Position numbers and translations under genes: made by a program
Shown: positions 51,071 through 63,200 of the stretch, piece by piece
Position numbering within the stretch: the stretch's first letter is position 1
Layout of the letters: each line of letters opens with the position of its first letter
The notes under the pieces: model-generated
Databases searched by the model: none
The model's input: the letters and a program-made list of their open reading frames with translations, nothing else
What the model was told of the DNA's origin: nothing
Assembly: GCA_977030845.1 (NCBI GenBank)
Contig: OZ365109.1
Coordinates: 23,560,001 to 23,624,000, forward strand
From: Fimbriosthenelais zetlandica
Lineage: Eukaryota
DNA length: 64,000 nucleotides
Reading direction: 5' to 3'

Positions 51071-51239
51071 CGGGGGCCTGTTTCAGAACATCCATTAGCA
51101 ATGAATGCTAAAGCCTGCATCCACCTATCCGATTATCGGGTCAAAATTGATCGGATCCGATTTTTGTAGGTCCGATAATCGGATAGGTGGATGCCAGGCT
51201 TTAGTCTGTGGGAAATTTTGACGCTGAAACTGGCCCCTG
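51071..51239 (-). mobile_element. ~74-bp TIR element (MITE), copy 2, interrupted by an insertion
   Basis: TIRs CGGGGGCCTGTTTCAG (51071-51086) and CTGAAACTGGCCCCTG (51224-51239) match at 14/16. Removing 51109-51203 leaves 74 bp homologous to 4711-4783. Confidence 0.75.
51108..51204. mobile_element. ~95-97-bp foldback (hairpin) element nested in MITE copy 2
   Basis: Arms CTAAAGCCTGCATCCACCTATCCGATTATCGG (51108-51139) and CCGATAATCGGATAGGTGGATGCCAGGCTTTAG (51172-51204) are perfect inverted repeats apart from one indel. The loop contains the palindrome ATCGGATCCGAT, and TA is present at both ends. Confidence 0.85.
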
Positions 51240-54200
51240 GGCTTCTAATAGCGGTCTGATACCGAACCCAACTGGGATACAACGCATTAGCCAGTAAATA
51301 GCATTTATCACCATATTCATTGCCAAACCATCGATTCAGCCCTCAGCTTCTGTTATGTATATTTCAAATGTCAAACAAGCGTGAAAGTGGGGCTTTAATA
51401 ATAGTTCAAGTGTTGAATAGGCAATGAAACATGAAGGTCCTGCTTGGTATTTTATTTACTGAGTTTCTCTCGGAGACCCATACAGAGCTGGAAAATACCT
51501 TTAGATGTCCAGCTGTCAATGGCGGAGGGGCACTGTCGGAAACAGGCATGGCGAGCAATGGATGGTGGACTTAACATTAATTACCTGTGTGCTTCCACCA
51601 ATTCCCTCTAAAGCTTATCGATCAGATAGCAGGGAATTATACGCAGGAGGGCATGCCCGGAAACGCAGAGAGTTTTGGGCCTGACCAGAACTGACCTCTT
51701 TCATTATCCTTTTCGTCACCGTCTGTCAAGACAGTTCCGCTCATAGAAATAAAGATTGTCTCTCCTATTATTTTGGCAATAACAGCGGCTGCACTCCCTT
51801 CTTATACCCCAACGCACATGAATATATCTATATGAACAATTCTCACGAAATTCCAAGTTTAGGGCTTTGTGTCTTAGATGTTAATAATTTTAGCTAATTT
51901 TGAAATTGAAAATAAAATGCTTATTTATAATCTACAAATCTCTTCATCTTTTCATGCGATATCGTCAACAACTATTATAATAAGAATGGTGGTCCGTAAT
52001 AATAACTGGGAAAAATTACTGCAAAGCGACCAAAAAATAAATGCGATAGAAAACCACCCATGACAATCGCATAAATCCCATAACATCCATGAGTATAAAA
52101 TAAGATACAACTTCTAAAAGTGTTAATTCAGCAATGGAAGGTAATTTGATACTAGTGCCTGTCGGAAATTCATCACATTGAAGCGGAGATGGAAAGGTTA
52201 GCTTGCTCGTTGACTAATTTAATAAGGTATTGAATTAGGCCTACATGTCTGACAAAAACTAGGATCCATAACCAGTGATATGATTCTCGTAATTTTTCCT
52301 TGTGATTTTTAGATGTGATCCAGCCCATAATTTGCAAGGTTGAGGTGTACTGAAACAACGGAGCCATTAAAAATGTTCACTCCAAAATAAAATGGCGTAT
52401 TACATACATGCATAAGTTTATTATAATTATCCTCATTTGTGTGGTTTGTTCCACGTATGAGGTTGCAATAATACAGATGTAACATTTTAAGATTTCTAAA
52501 ATGTGTATCAGTCTCTTGTCAAAATCATTCTCTTATATTAACATCAAGATTATACAGTAAATTTATATGTTATATTATAGTGGGTAGGCTATTCATTGGA
52601 GAATGAAGAAGGGACCAGCCAGTTATGATTAAAATTCAGAAAAGCGGATGTATATTTCAATCTACAAAATTAATGATACATTATATCCTAGATAGAGAAA
52701 GCCTGAATTGAATCGTCAGTATCAGTTAAATGTAATGACCTATTCTTTCACAAACGCATCAAACATGCCCAATGTTCAGACAATCCGAGATGACTGGCAT
52801 TTGATAACTTCTTCAATAGTTTGGGGAAAGAATGACGATGGCAAAGTTGTCAAATGCAAGGTAAATTGAACCTGGGAACATGACCTGAGCCAAAATGCAA
52901 CTCACCTAAAGTTTAAATTCTAATATATTAAAATAAAAGGATAATCTAAAACGGTCTATGGTAAACCAAGAGGGTCCGTCTTTCCTAAGGTTCATTCAGG
53001 CAGTCAAAGTTGTCCCTATGAAACATGGCTAGTCAATTTAGATGTGAAAGAGATCCACATTTAATATACCTCTGTACTATGTACATTGTACTTTAGTTGC
53101 AGCTCAGACTTTCACTTCCGTTTAGTATCTGGTTAAAAATACATTCCCACCCTTGCACATTGGCAGAAGAAAAATCATTCCTTCTATTGTATAGTCCTTA
53201 TGCAATTTGACGCATATTTCCATTAGTCTCTTTACATTTAACAATACTTGATTCGTATAATTTAGAATGCTAGTCTTTGGCAATAGACCAGCATTGAGCC
53301 AGTATGTGAATCAAAGCAGGAATAAAAAGCTAGAGCTTCAGCCTGGAAAACAGATACCAATTGTAGTCGGGAGAAACTTCCTCTGACCGATGCCAATACA
53401 TCACAAGCATTCACCGACGTCTGAGGGAGATTGATGAGGCGGGCCAAGTGTTGAGCACTATTGGGTCTTCAAATACAATAAGCGAAACAAAAGCTGAAAA
53501 AGTCTTTGCAATTGATAAAGCAATGAGAAGGGCCATTGATTTACAGGACACGTATGGGCTCTGAGGAAAGGGTAAAACTAATACTGACTTGTGGAGCCGC
53601 TCCAGGTGCTGAGAGGTCGAAAAGACCTGAAACAGGCAGACAAGCACTTCTACTTGACACATGGATGGAAGACCGGCTAGTGCAAAAGCTGTTTATAGAA
53701 TTCGCTGAGGGAGTGAAGCAGCACATTACTGGGAACATAAATGACCAATTGTGCACCAGTCATTTTGGAAATCCCTTAATTGGATGTCTGGCCAGGGGTC
53801 TTGCAGCTCTTGCTCTGACAATAAAGTCAAAATTGTCCCCATTTTTATTAGTCATTCAGGGAGGACATTCGCCTGCCTCTCCTTACCCTCTACAACACAT
53901 CCTAAGTCTAACCCTCCTTCTATAGGTGTCCTTTTTACGCTACTTGCGCCTTCGCCGAGCCCTGGCATCTTGACATTCCCAGCGTTTCATTCAGCTCTTG
54001 GCACATTGCCAGTGGAAGACTTACAATGCTTCAGGGCCAAACCTGCATCAGAAAAGCAGTGAATGGCCCATTGACTTGTAAATCTGCTCAGAGCGCGTCC
54101 AGTGCCGCCGTGTCGTGCCTATTCCCTCTGTCGAGAGGTGGTGCCCAGTGACATCTCGTCACATTCGAATGGTCACGTGGTTGTCCCCCACGAGATTCAG

Positions 54201-57200
54201 CGCGACACCCTGGAATCAGGTGAAGACAATCCTCACTCCATTACTCACCGTCCTCTTGCCCAGATGGTGTACCTCCTGCAGGAGACCAAAGCCCCTGGAG
54301 AGAGTATAGGCAGTTATTATGTATGGGTGGACTGTGATCGGAGAAGGTCCTTTTGGGGGTTGATGCTCCGCTGCCATTATACCCAACGCGTCCCTGTGAG
54401 AAAACCGAGAAGTTGTTGATGTCTTCCAACTGGAATTTTATGCCGATTATTCATTCAGAAAGTGGGGAAGCCCAGCCAAAATACACCTCACGGTTCTTTT
54501 AGTGCTGGCAAACTTATTTTTGAAATCCAGGTTCGAATCCAGTTCCCATAATAAGGCATCGTCAATCAACTTTTTGCTGCTGAGTTATTTTTCTGGGTAG
54601 CCTATTTCTTTACCATTTCCTTAAATTAAAACAGCGATAATCCTTTCGTGGCAACAAGTGAAATGAATGGAACTATTTGTAAAGTCATTTCAGGCTCCTT
54701 CTCAGTCTTGTAAGATGGATCAAGTGCCAACGCAACAAAGATAACACATCTTCTGTTACTTGTGTGGGGGCCTGACTAAACCTATGTATAATGAGGGTTC
54801 GAGCAGTGACGCCTCAAGTGATAGATGATTATGCAGGAGTAAGCCGTTATGTTGGTGCTTGTTTCTAGCAGGTGTGTCTCTTGGATGCCTTAAGAGCAAA
54901 ACACGAGGCTTACCAGACAAACAATACAGTTTAGTTTTAATCTGAAGCCACTTTATACTTACATCAGCAAAATAATATTAGCGAAAAAATAATACTTTCG
55001 CAGAAATATTTAATTTACATTTAGTTTCCCAAGATGTAAATTTGATTTTCCCCGTTTTTCTGCTTTGCATCCTAAATTTTTAATAGCCATTCAGCATTTG
55101 GGAGGGACGATCTGCTTTGGCCACGTTATTTTTCCTTCATTTTTTCAACATTTGCTTTCAAATTAATGAGTTTCCTTTTTAGCAATTACTAGCTCTCGGT
55201 AATTGATACGGGCACCAGTGAGGAAGGTGCGATGTATTGAATGTGACATTTGAATTTTCTTTTTTATGTATTTTGCTGTAATTTGCAATGGTTTGGAGAT
55301 TTTAAGAATAAAGGCCCAGGATTCAACATCGATGACCAGGCATTGTACTACAGATAATGAGAATAATTATCGTTGGAGGATGCCAAATTTGGGCCAACTA
55401 ATATTAGGCCCACCCACTCATAATGGCAGGAACAATTTACAATATTCCATTTATAATCTACTGACAGGAATTAAGTGTTCCATTTGAAAAAGGGCTTCTA
55501 GAAAGAAGGCATATCAAGAAAAATAAGACAAATGGTCTACTGCCTGATTTGTAAAAGTGTCTCGACTCCACAGGGTCCTAACCCTCCCAGCTCTTTCCCT
55601 TCATGTAATATGTTATTCGGTGTTAGCCTTGTTCAGCGAATTTAGCAAAACTAGTTCTACTGTAAGTTCCATCAAACGTTTAAATTTCCTGTACTGTGAT
55701 GTGTCGAGGGATTTGGGCCTTGCCCGTTATCCCAGATCAGAGGTATGCCAGAAACAATTGTATGAGATGTGCTGGAGGCTGACTTGACCCAAGGCCTCTC
55801 TTGTTGCCCTCTAGGGCTGGTCACTAAAAGCAGGGTCGTGTTGTGCGTAGCTGACCGTTTACTGAAGCGATCGCATCTTGACCTTGCTCGGGGATGACGG
55901 AAGATGGAAGCTGATGGTCGCCTAATCAGGTTGGCGACAATATTTGTCCTATCATTGGATTTGCTGCCATGGCAGGCTGGAGGAGCCTGCTGGAGGGCCT
56001 ACACAGGAGGAAGCTGTTGGTGGCAAATCTTGCTGTTGACAGGGCTGGAGATTAGCCTGCAGGGCTGAGTGACGTAGTGTGAGGTGCCCCCAACACTACC
56101 ATTACCTTCCTTGGCCAGATGCTCAACATGGCAACCACCAGAAGTCCCCATCCTAACCACTCCAGGTGTTGTCCTCAGCTACTGCCCCTCAAACATCGAT
56201 TGGCCCCAAATCTGTTTTGCTTTGGAGAAGGAGGTCCTCGTATGTTTTTTCTATATTTTTTTCCACTCATAAGGCAGCAACAGTGCCTGATGACGTTAAA
56301 TACCAATCCTGGGTCCGGATTACTGATTATTTCTTGAGGAAAATACAAAAAAAGCAATGCAACATCCTGATGAATTAAAAAAATGGTTTCCCCCTCATTT
56401 CTATGATTGAGATTAAGTCAGTCGACTACCGGCAGAGCTCTCCTTCTTAAAGCTTCTCCTCCATTTAAATAATATCCACTAACAAGGACTGGTGCTTGTA
56501 TACAATCGTGAAAGACATTATTCATTTCTTAGTGGGCATTTATCTTACTATTAACGTCAGGGATCCAGCGTATATTTATTTTGCCCAATATTTATAGGTC
56601 TGGGGTCTTGGTGGACTAAGCCCTTGCTGACCATGAGCTTTTGCCAGCCAGGCCTTATCCCAGCATGTGGACATCACATTGAAGGTTCCCTGTGGGCAGC
56701 CTTCAAGCTATCACAGACCTAATGCTAGAGCGAATCAAGGCATCTCTGCCACATTGCCGCCTTTACTTCCTATGAGCCACGGGGCGATGGACGCAATACT
56801 GGCCAGAAATTGCACTATTTCCAGCGCGTTGATGGAGTCATTTCTGGTGACCAAGGGTTCGTTGGAAAGCGCTTATTTACCACGTCTCTCTGTGACCGCT
56901 TGCCAGCCTCAGTATCCCTCACCAGGAATGCCGCGAAATAGGACAGCCTCGCCTCGCCCCTCTTCCCTGCCCACTAGGTCATTTCACATGGGAAGACATT
57001 GCAATAGAGAATCTGCTGCAGGTTTAGTGGATTGGACTTGAGCACAGGGTGACATTAGCAATGAGAAGCTATTGCTTTTCAATGCTTCATAGCTGGCCAA
57101 GGAACAAAAGGCCTGGGTCTTGCCATTCCCTCCTGAGTAGCAGTACTTCCATGTTAAAGGCCAATTAAAGTCATTGATGTCATTCGAACACAGCCTCACC

Positions 57201-60200
57201 AGCCATCGTCCTGACCAATCAATCTTAACTCCCCAGTGCGAACCCCTATCAAACCTTGAAGCACCACCCACACGCATTTGAAAACACACGGGGCTGATGA
57301 GACCATTATTCACCCCTCCCGAAGCATGTAACAGCCTTGTTCTACTGCGGAATCAAGCTTGCTTCTGTTTAATTATCAAATAAAAACAGTTAAGCCTGGA
57401 AAATTCCAGCTGCTCTACATTAGAAATGTCAGTAAAGACTTGATGAATGGATCCCTGATGACATATTGGCTTTCTCTATGTTTGATGAATTATAGCAAAG
57501 CAGGTTTTCATTAGAGTGCTTCTCTGGTAGGAAAAGGGTTATAAGGACGTTTTACTGCCAGTAGATGGCCTTGAACTCCCATTGTTTAAGGAAAACGTTC
57601 TGCCATGCGATTTTGGATTTCTATTTTGGGAATCATTTTGCGATTTTACTGCGGTGCCTTGTCAAGGTTATTGGAGAATGGCAGTTCAATTATATACGAG
57701 CATATTTGTCACAGACTGTGCTGAACTTATATGGTTCCAACACACCAAGGCAAGGCGAGTCACAGACAGACCATCTGGTTTGGCAGGTTTCTACCTTTCC
57801 GATTGCCAGTTTGGCAATAGATCACAGAAACAGACAGATGTCAGGCTGCATCATATTATATCAAAATAAGGCAATTATGTCTAGATTAGACAGTATGTAA
57901 AGTTTGATGAGTCATCAATTGATCAGGTCGATTTTTACAAAAGGCATATGTGTTGGTTGGTCCAGTTGGTGTTGGCCAACTTCAGGATCTATCCTGTCAG
58001 GGTTGCACATTGTATATGCGTAGGCCTACAAGACAGAGTTGGGCCGTAAAGTTGTAATAACTGATAGGATATGATACATTAAAATGGGACTCCAACATTT
58101 ACTGTCTACCGTGGGAGGAATGTTAAAGATGAAATCGAGAAGAGCAGGCCATAGAATATATATGTAATAGTATGTTAACTCTATGACCCGGTTGCTGGTC
58201 TGAAGAAAAAAACCTGAATGAAATACGGGTCAATGCATAGAACTGTATGGTCTAAAGCAGACACTGTTATTGTTCATCACTTTGAATGAGCTGGAGACAA
58301 GGAAGGGTAATTGAAGAAACAGTGATTTGGCTGTAAGTAAAGAGGAACTAATCAATATCAGATGACATTGTAACATCTAGTTAAGTATTGCCACTTCTCG
58401 TCAATCAATGGTCCTCTGAATGCAGGGGAGTCCATCTGTTTCACTAAGGAGGGGTTCCCTTAGTTAATCTAGGTCGAAACGACTTTCTCCAGGACCTTTG
58501 CAGATTGCTTCATTTGCCTAAAATCCCACTGGTGTCCTTTTGCATCAGTTGATTCCTTGATGAAGCCAGTAACCTTCAAAATTATCAGGAGCACAATGGA
58601 GATGTAAGGTCAATCAGTGCGTCAAAGGGGTCACATGTTGATCGTGACATTATTTTGCAACGAATTCTGATTTTTCTATAAATCAGATGGTTCTGGTGTA
58701 TTTTTGGGCTGTATTTCAGGTTTTTTTCATTTGATGATGCAGCATTATAGTAATGTTGATTGTACAATTGACATAACTATAAAATAATATTATATTGAGA
58801 AATATAGAATATGTTCACTGTCCATTTTTAATCCCAGTTATATTGTAGGTCTACTTGATAATGATGTCGTGACAGAAAATGTTGTGATAAAAATATAATT
58901 ACTATAATAGTACTTGATCAATATGAAATACTAATCCGAAGTTTATTATTTGTTATCAACATTATGTATGCCTCTTTGCTTTGTACATTAATACTGTAGT
59001 TCTTTCTGAAATAGGCCTATTCAATGTACTTTTTTGATGTCGGATGAAATATGGTATATCTATAGACGAGCTCAAATTTTCTGACAAGAATGCACTGCTG
59101 TGCCTGTCTTTTCATTTAGAAGTCACCAACTGAACTTTGCCTATATAATTTACTTCAAATCCGAGGGGGACATGTGCTGTCATTGACCGCTTTCCCTCAA
59201 AGCTAATTCTGGGTCACGTCGGCAGTGCTCTTTGAATCATAGTCATCCCCTCAAGGTTAAAGTCTTTTGTAAAGGTATATTACAGTACTTTGTGTATGAT
59301 TAGGAAACACAGTATTTTTCTTCCCTGACATATATATAAGTTACCAAGACAAAAGCCTGTCATACTTACCTACTTTATTCCCATTGAAATTGCCCCAAAC
59401 CATATATTGCCGGCAGTGACATTTGAGACAGTCTCTGCGCTATGTTCTATCGGGTTATTAAAGTTCTTCTTGTCTTAGTGGGAGGGGTGGGCAAACAATG
59501 AGTACCGGTGTAGAGGGACCCTTATATTGACGGAACGCAACCAAAGCAGCAATGTCGTCACGTTCCCCGAGGGACTCTTTGGCAGCAATTGATTTGCTCT
59601 TTGTATCCCTGCAAAGGACTCTGGGAACACGCTTCATAATGACGTCATCAGGATGCATTGTCACCACCAGCTTGGCCGGAGTGTACAGGGACTGGCTGAT
59701 GCCCTGTTTTGATATTTCTTATTTGAACGTTTTCAGGGATTGACCTCTAAATTTGACTGTGAATAAGGCTCTTGGCGATCTATTCATCCGCCCTGTTCTG
59801 GGTAGACAGGTTTTTTGTCCTGCACCCCCGGCCTGCTAGCTGGGATAGTAAGCTAGGCATTAGCATATATTTGATTTGGGAGTGCCTGTCCATGCTGAGA
59901 AGATATTATTGTGTGGCATTGATTTATTAGAGTATCCTTCTTGCATAAAAAAGGTGTGTGGATGTGTATTCAGTGGTCGGATTCAGTAGACAGTCGGGCT
60001 CGACAAGTTGGGGCATCCGTCATCAAGGTAAATTTAACTTGCAGAGTAGGGCGTGGCATTTACACACTTTGGACCCCAAGGGCCATGCAGTGTTTGGGGA
60101 AAAGGTGTGTTACATTAAGCTCATAGAATGACAATACCTTTCTCAAGTTTTTTGCTGCTATAAAACAGGCTCATCATCATAATTAGCCTCGGTGGGCATG

Positions 60201-63200
60201 CACATCTGTTTTTTGGAACCTTTGATCAAGAGGAAAACTTTGCAAAGTTGCAAAGTGCAGTACTGCATGCTGAAATGTTATTTCATGACGTAGAATAAAG
60301 ATCAAGAAGCATGGAATTTGATCAGCATTTGTACGAAAGGTTAAGGGAGATCATCAGTGAAAATTAAGCCACTAATTCCTTGGTATTGACGTATAATTCA
60401 TCGAAAAAAATATGCAAAACTAAGCATTATCTCTCGAGTTGTCAGAGACTTCTTGACTCACAGATATGTTATCTTCAGATACTTCGCACCTCTCTGTGGT
60501 GATATTATCTCCCTTTTTAAGAGTGTGGACATTTTTCTGGCAGATTGGTTGAAGTTTAGTTGAAGTGGAGGAGCAGAAAGCAGTTAGCAGCCCAGCACGC
60601 CTGAGTGCTGACTGATTATTATCCTCCGTTGATCCCACCCTAAATGGCAGCCTCGCCGCTTTGTACAAAATGATTTGCATCGATTTCATATCAAGCTGGT
60701 AGAAAATCCAGCATGAAATCACATCAGAAAAACCCTTCCAAGCAATCAGCTTAGACTTGGCGTTAAAGTGCCGGCTGCCTCGAGCCTGGGCCCCTGTTTT
60801 TCACTTCGGAAATCGTAAAACTTGATGCTTGTGGTTTCATGCTAGTGAGCCCACTGGAACCCCTCTGAAGGCAGAGTCTGATTGGCTGAATTATGGTCGG
60901 CACAAGCGGCAATTACTTATTCAAATTAAAGCGACATGATGGAGATGAATGTAGCTGGAGGAACTATGAAGATGTCACCTCGGGGGAGGCTGGAATGGTT
61001 GTCTGACACACTGGACAATAACCAGGCCTGTAAGTGGATACAAGGTTTCCAACGGTTAGATGGGGCCCTACCATCTGACTAGGCTGGTCTGCGAGTGGAA
61101 ATGGGCCATACTTACGAGTGTAGCATGCATAAATACAAGTTATCTATGGAAAATGAAAAAGAAAATATCTATGATCATCACATGGTGGAGGGCTATTTTT
61201 TCTCTCGTCCATCTTCGGGAAGGTGCTCAGTCACACAAGATTGTCCTTGCCCCATTGGTCCCAGGCATCCCATGAGCCGGTCGTAATACACAGGGCTAGT
61301 CATCTTAGCCCATGCCATATTCTCCACAGAATATTTAGGGAGAAACAAACCTTTGGGCCTGCATGCATGGGGGTGTTATACTAGAGTATAACAGGAAAGT
61401 CAATATTTTTTTATATAGAAGTTATGTAAAGGCAGGTTCTTTGCATCTGCTAATATAGAGAAACAATAATGATGTGATAAGGGATGTTTTTCTCTCATTC
61501 TTTCTTTTTTTTATACAAAAAGGAATTTTGGTCTAACACGTTACATACAATATTTATGCTGAACTGATTCAATCATTTCTCTTGGGATGGACCTGGGCGA
61601 ACAACCCCAGAATGTTTATTATTGAGTTGGCGGTGGATGCTTCTAGCAATATTCCTTCAATATTCCGTGAGAAGAGGTGGCCATTAAAGAGCATTTACAC
61701 GAAGAGGACTCCCCCACTTTACTATGAAAGATGCAAGTCTTTGACACAAATCCTAAAACCGTTGATCAATGACCAGGCTCTTCATGGCCTAGCTAAAAAC
61801 ATGCTCTTAGCTCATTCAATACAAAGAAGCGAGAGGTCGTACAGGATCAGGGGTGCAGTTCTAATCCTATAGAGAAAAAGCAGGTGTGTGAGCCCATGAG
61901 GGTGTAAATAGCTTTAGTGAATCTTAGCGATGGCCCCATGGAGTCATTATTCCACAGATCATCTAGAGACAACGATCCATTATGACTTTAATGGCATGCT
62001 AGTGTTTTGTCATGCAGATAGGGCCATCTACACCCTGTTGAAAGCGGTATACCACCTTCGTTGGTGAAGATAGGGATATAGTGTTTCATTGTTGTTTCTT
62101 TCAAGCGGTCTATAGAAGGACGTTGAATGAAGGGGATGAAGTGGGCACAGTGTAAACCGAGTCTGGTTTGTGTGCATCTGATGAAAGATTAGCCAAGGCT
62201 GACAAGGCTTAGATTCGGCACCTCTTTGCTGAGGTGGAGGTCTCTTTTGATGAGGAGCTCATACAATATGGCAGTTTGTCTGGTGGAGGTGTGACGCCCT
62301 ATACAAGCCCACGGCAAGACACTGTCACCAAGGTGTGCTTCGTCAGCCGGAAGATTCAGGTCTTCCTCTGGTCAATCAGTGTATGACAACACAAACACAT
62401 GGGCCCACTTGTTATCCATAATCGATGGTGTCCATCTGACTGAGACTCACAGTCACGTTGCCATCCCAACAGTGTTAATCCCTCGTGGGGGTTGGCCCCA
62501 ACCTTGAGCAGCTCTGAGGCAAGTTGTAAGCGGGTGAGTGGCTGCCCACAAATGCCCAGAGCTAGACCAGTGGCACCACCCCGCCCAGCCCCACTGCGAT
62601 TAATGGACGCCTGGACTGATGGCAAATTAGAACAACTAATGTGTGTCTTTTCAAAGGAGCTGTCTCCGAGGCCGGGCTACACGCCGTTGATAAAAAGCCT
62701 TCTTTTCGCACCAGAGAATCGCACGGTGGGAGATTGGAGGGGCTGAGACTAGTTGCTGGCCCCGTTTTAAAGGATTGAAGGTGGGGGTTGGGCAGACAAC
62801 ATCCACTTACTCTAATACATCAAACAAACGTCAGTGATTGCACTAAATCAAATCAAGAAGCTGTGTCATGGAGGGACAGTGGCATAAAACTATTAGGGCC
62901 TAATCCCATTAAGCTTGGATTAATGGCTGCACGTCCTAGCCACCCGGCATTGCAAGAGAGAGAAGGCTTCGGCCAATTCTACAGATGGCTACAGTCGGGA
63001 ATAGATCTGAGGAGAAAGGAGCCTTCTGAAGGGTGCCAAGCTTTTGTGATTTTATCAAGACAGCCTATGGGTCGTGGAGCCTAAGTGATTTGGGCTGATT
63101 TGCCACGTGGCATCTATCTAACTAAACCCTTTATGTGGTCTATGTGGCACATGATTCGATGTAGAAAAAAACAAGAATATATAAGAAAGAGAGGGGATTC

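Noticed and set aside
53908-54062. Good-looking acceptor CTAACCCTCCTTCTATAG at 53925 as exon 2
   Set aside because: The phase-1 frame reaches a stop at 54060 with no usable donor, and the peptide is not domain-like.
54530-54540. Perfect B-box GGTTCGAATCC as a tRNA gene
   Set aside because: There is no A-box at the correct distance and no cloverleaf pairing.
59363-59372. ATACTTACCT resembling the U1 snRNA 5' end
   Set aside because: Only 10 nt match and no U1 body follows; it is just the complement of a donor consensus.
59640-59647. Perfect CRE TGACGTCA
   Set aside because: About one copy is expected by chance in 64 kb, and there is no supporting cluster.
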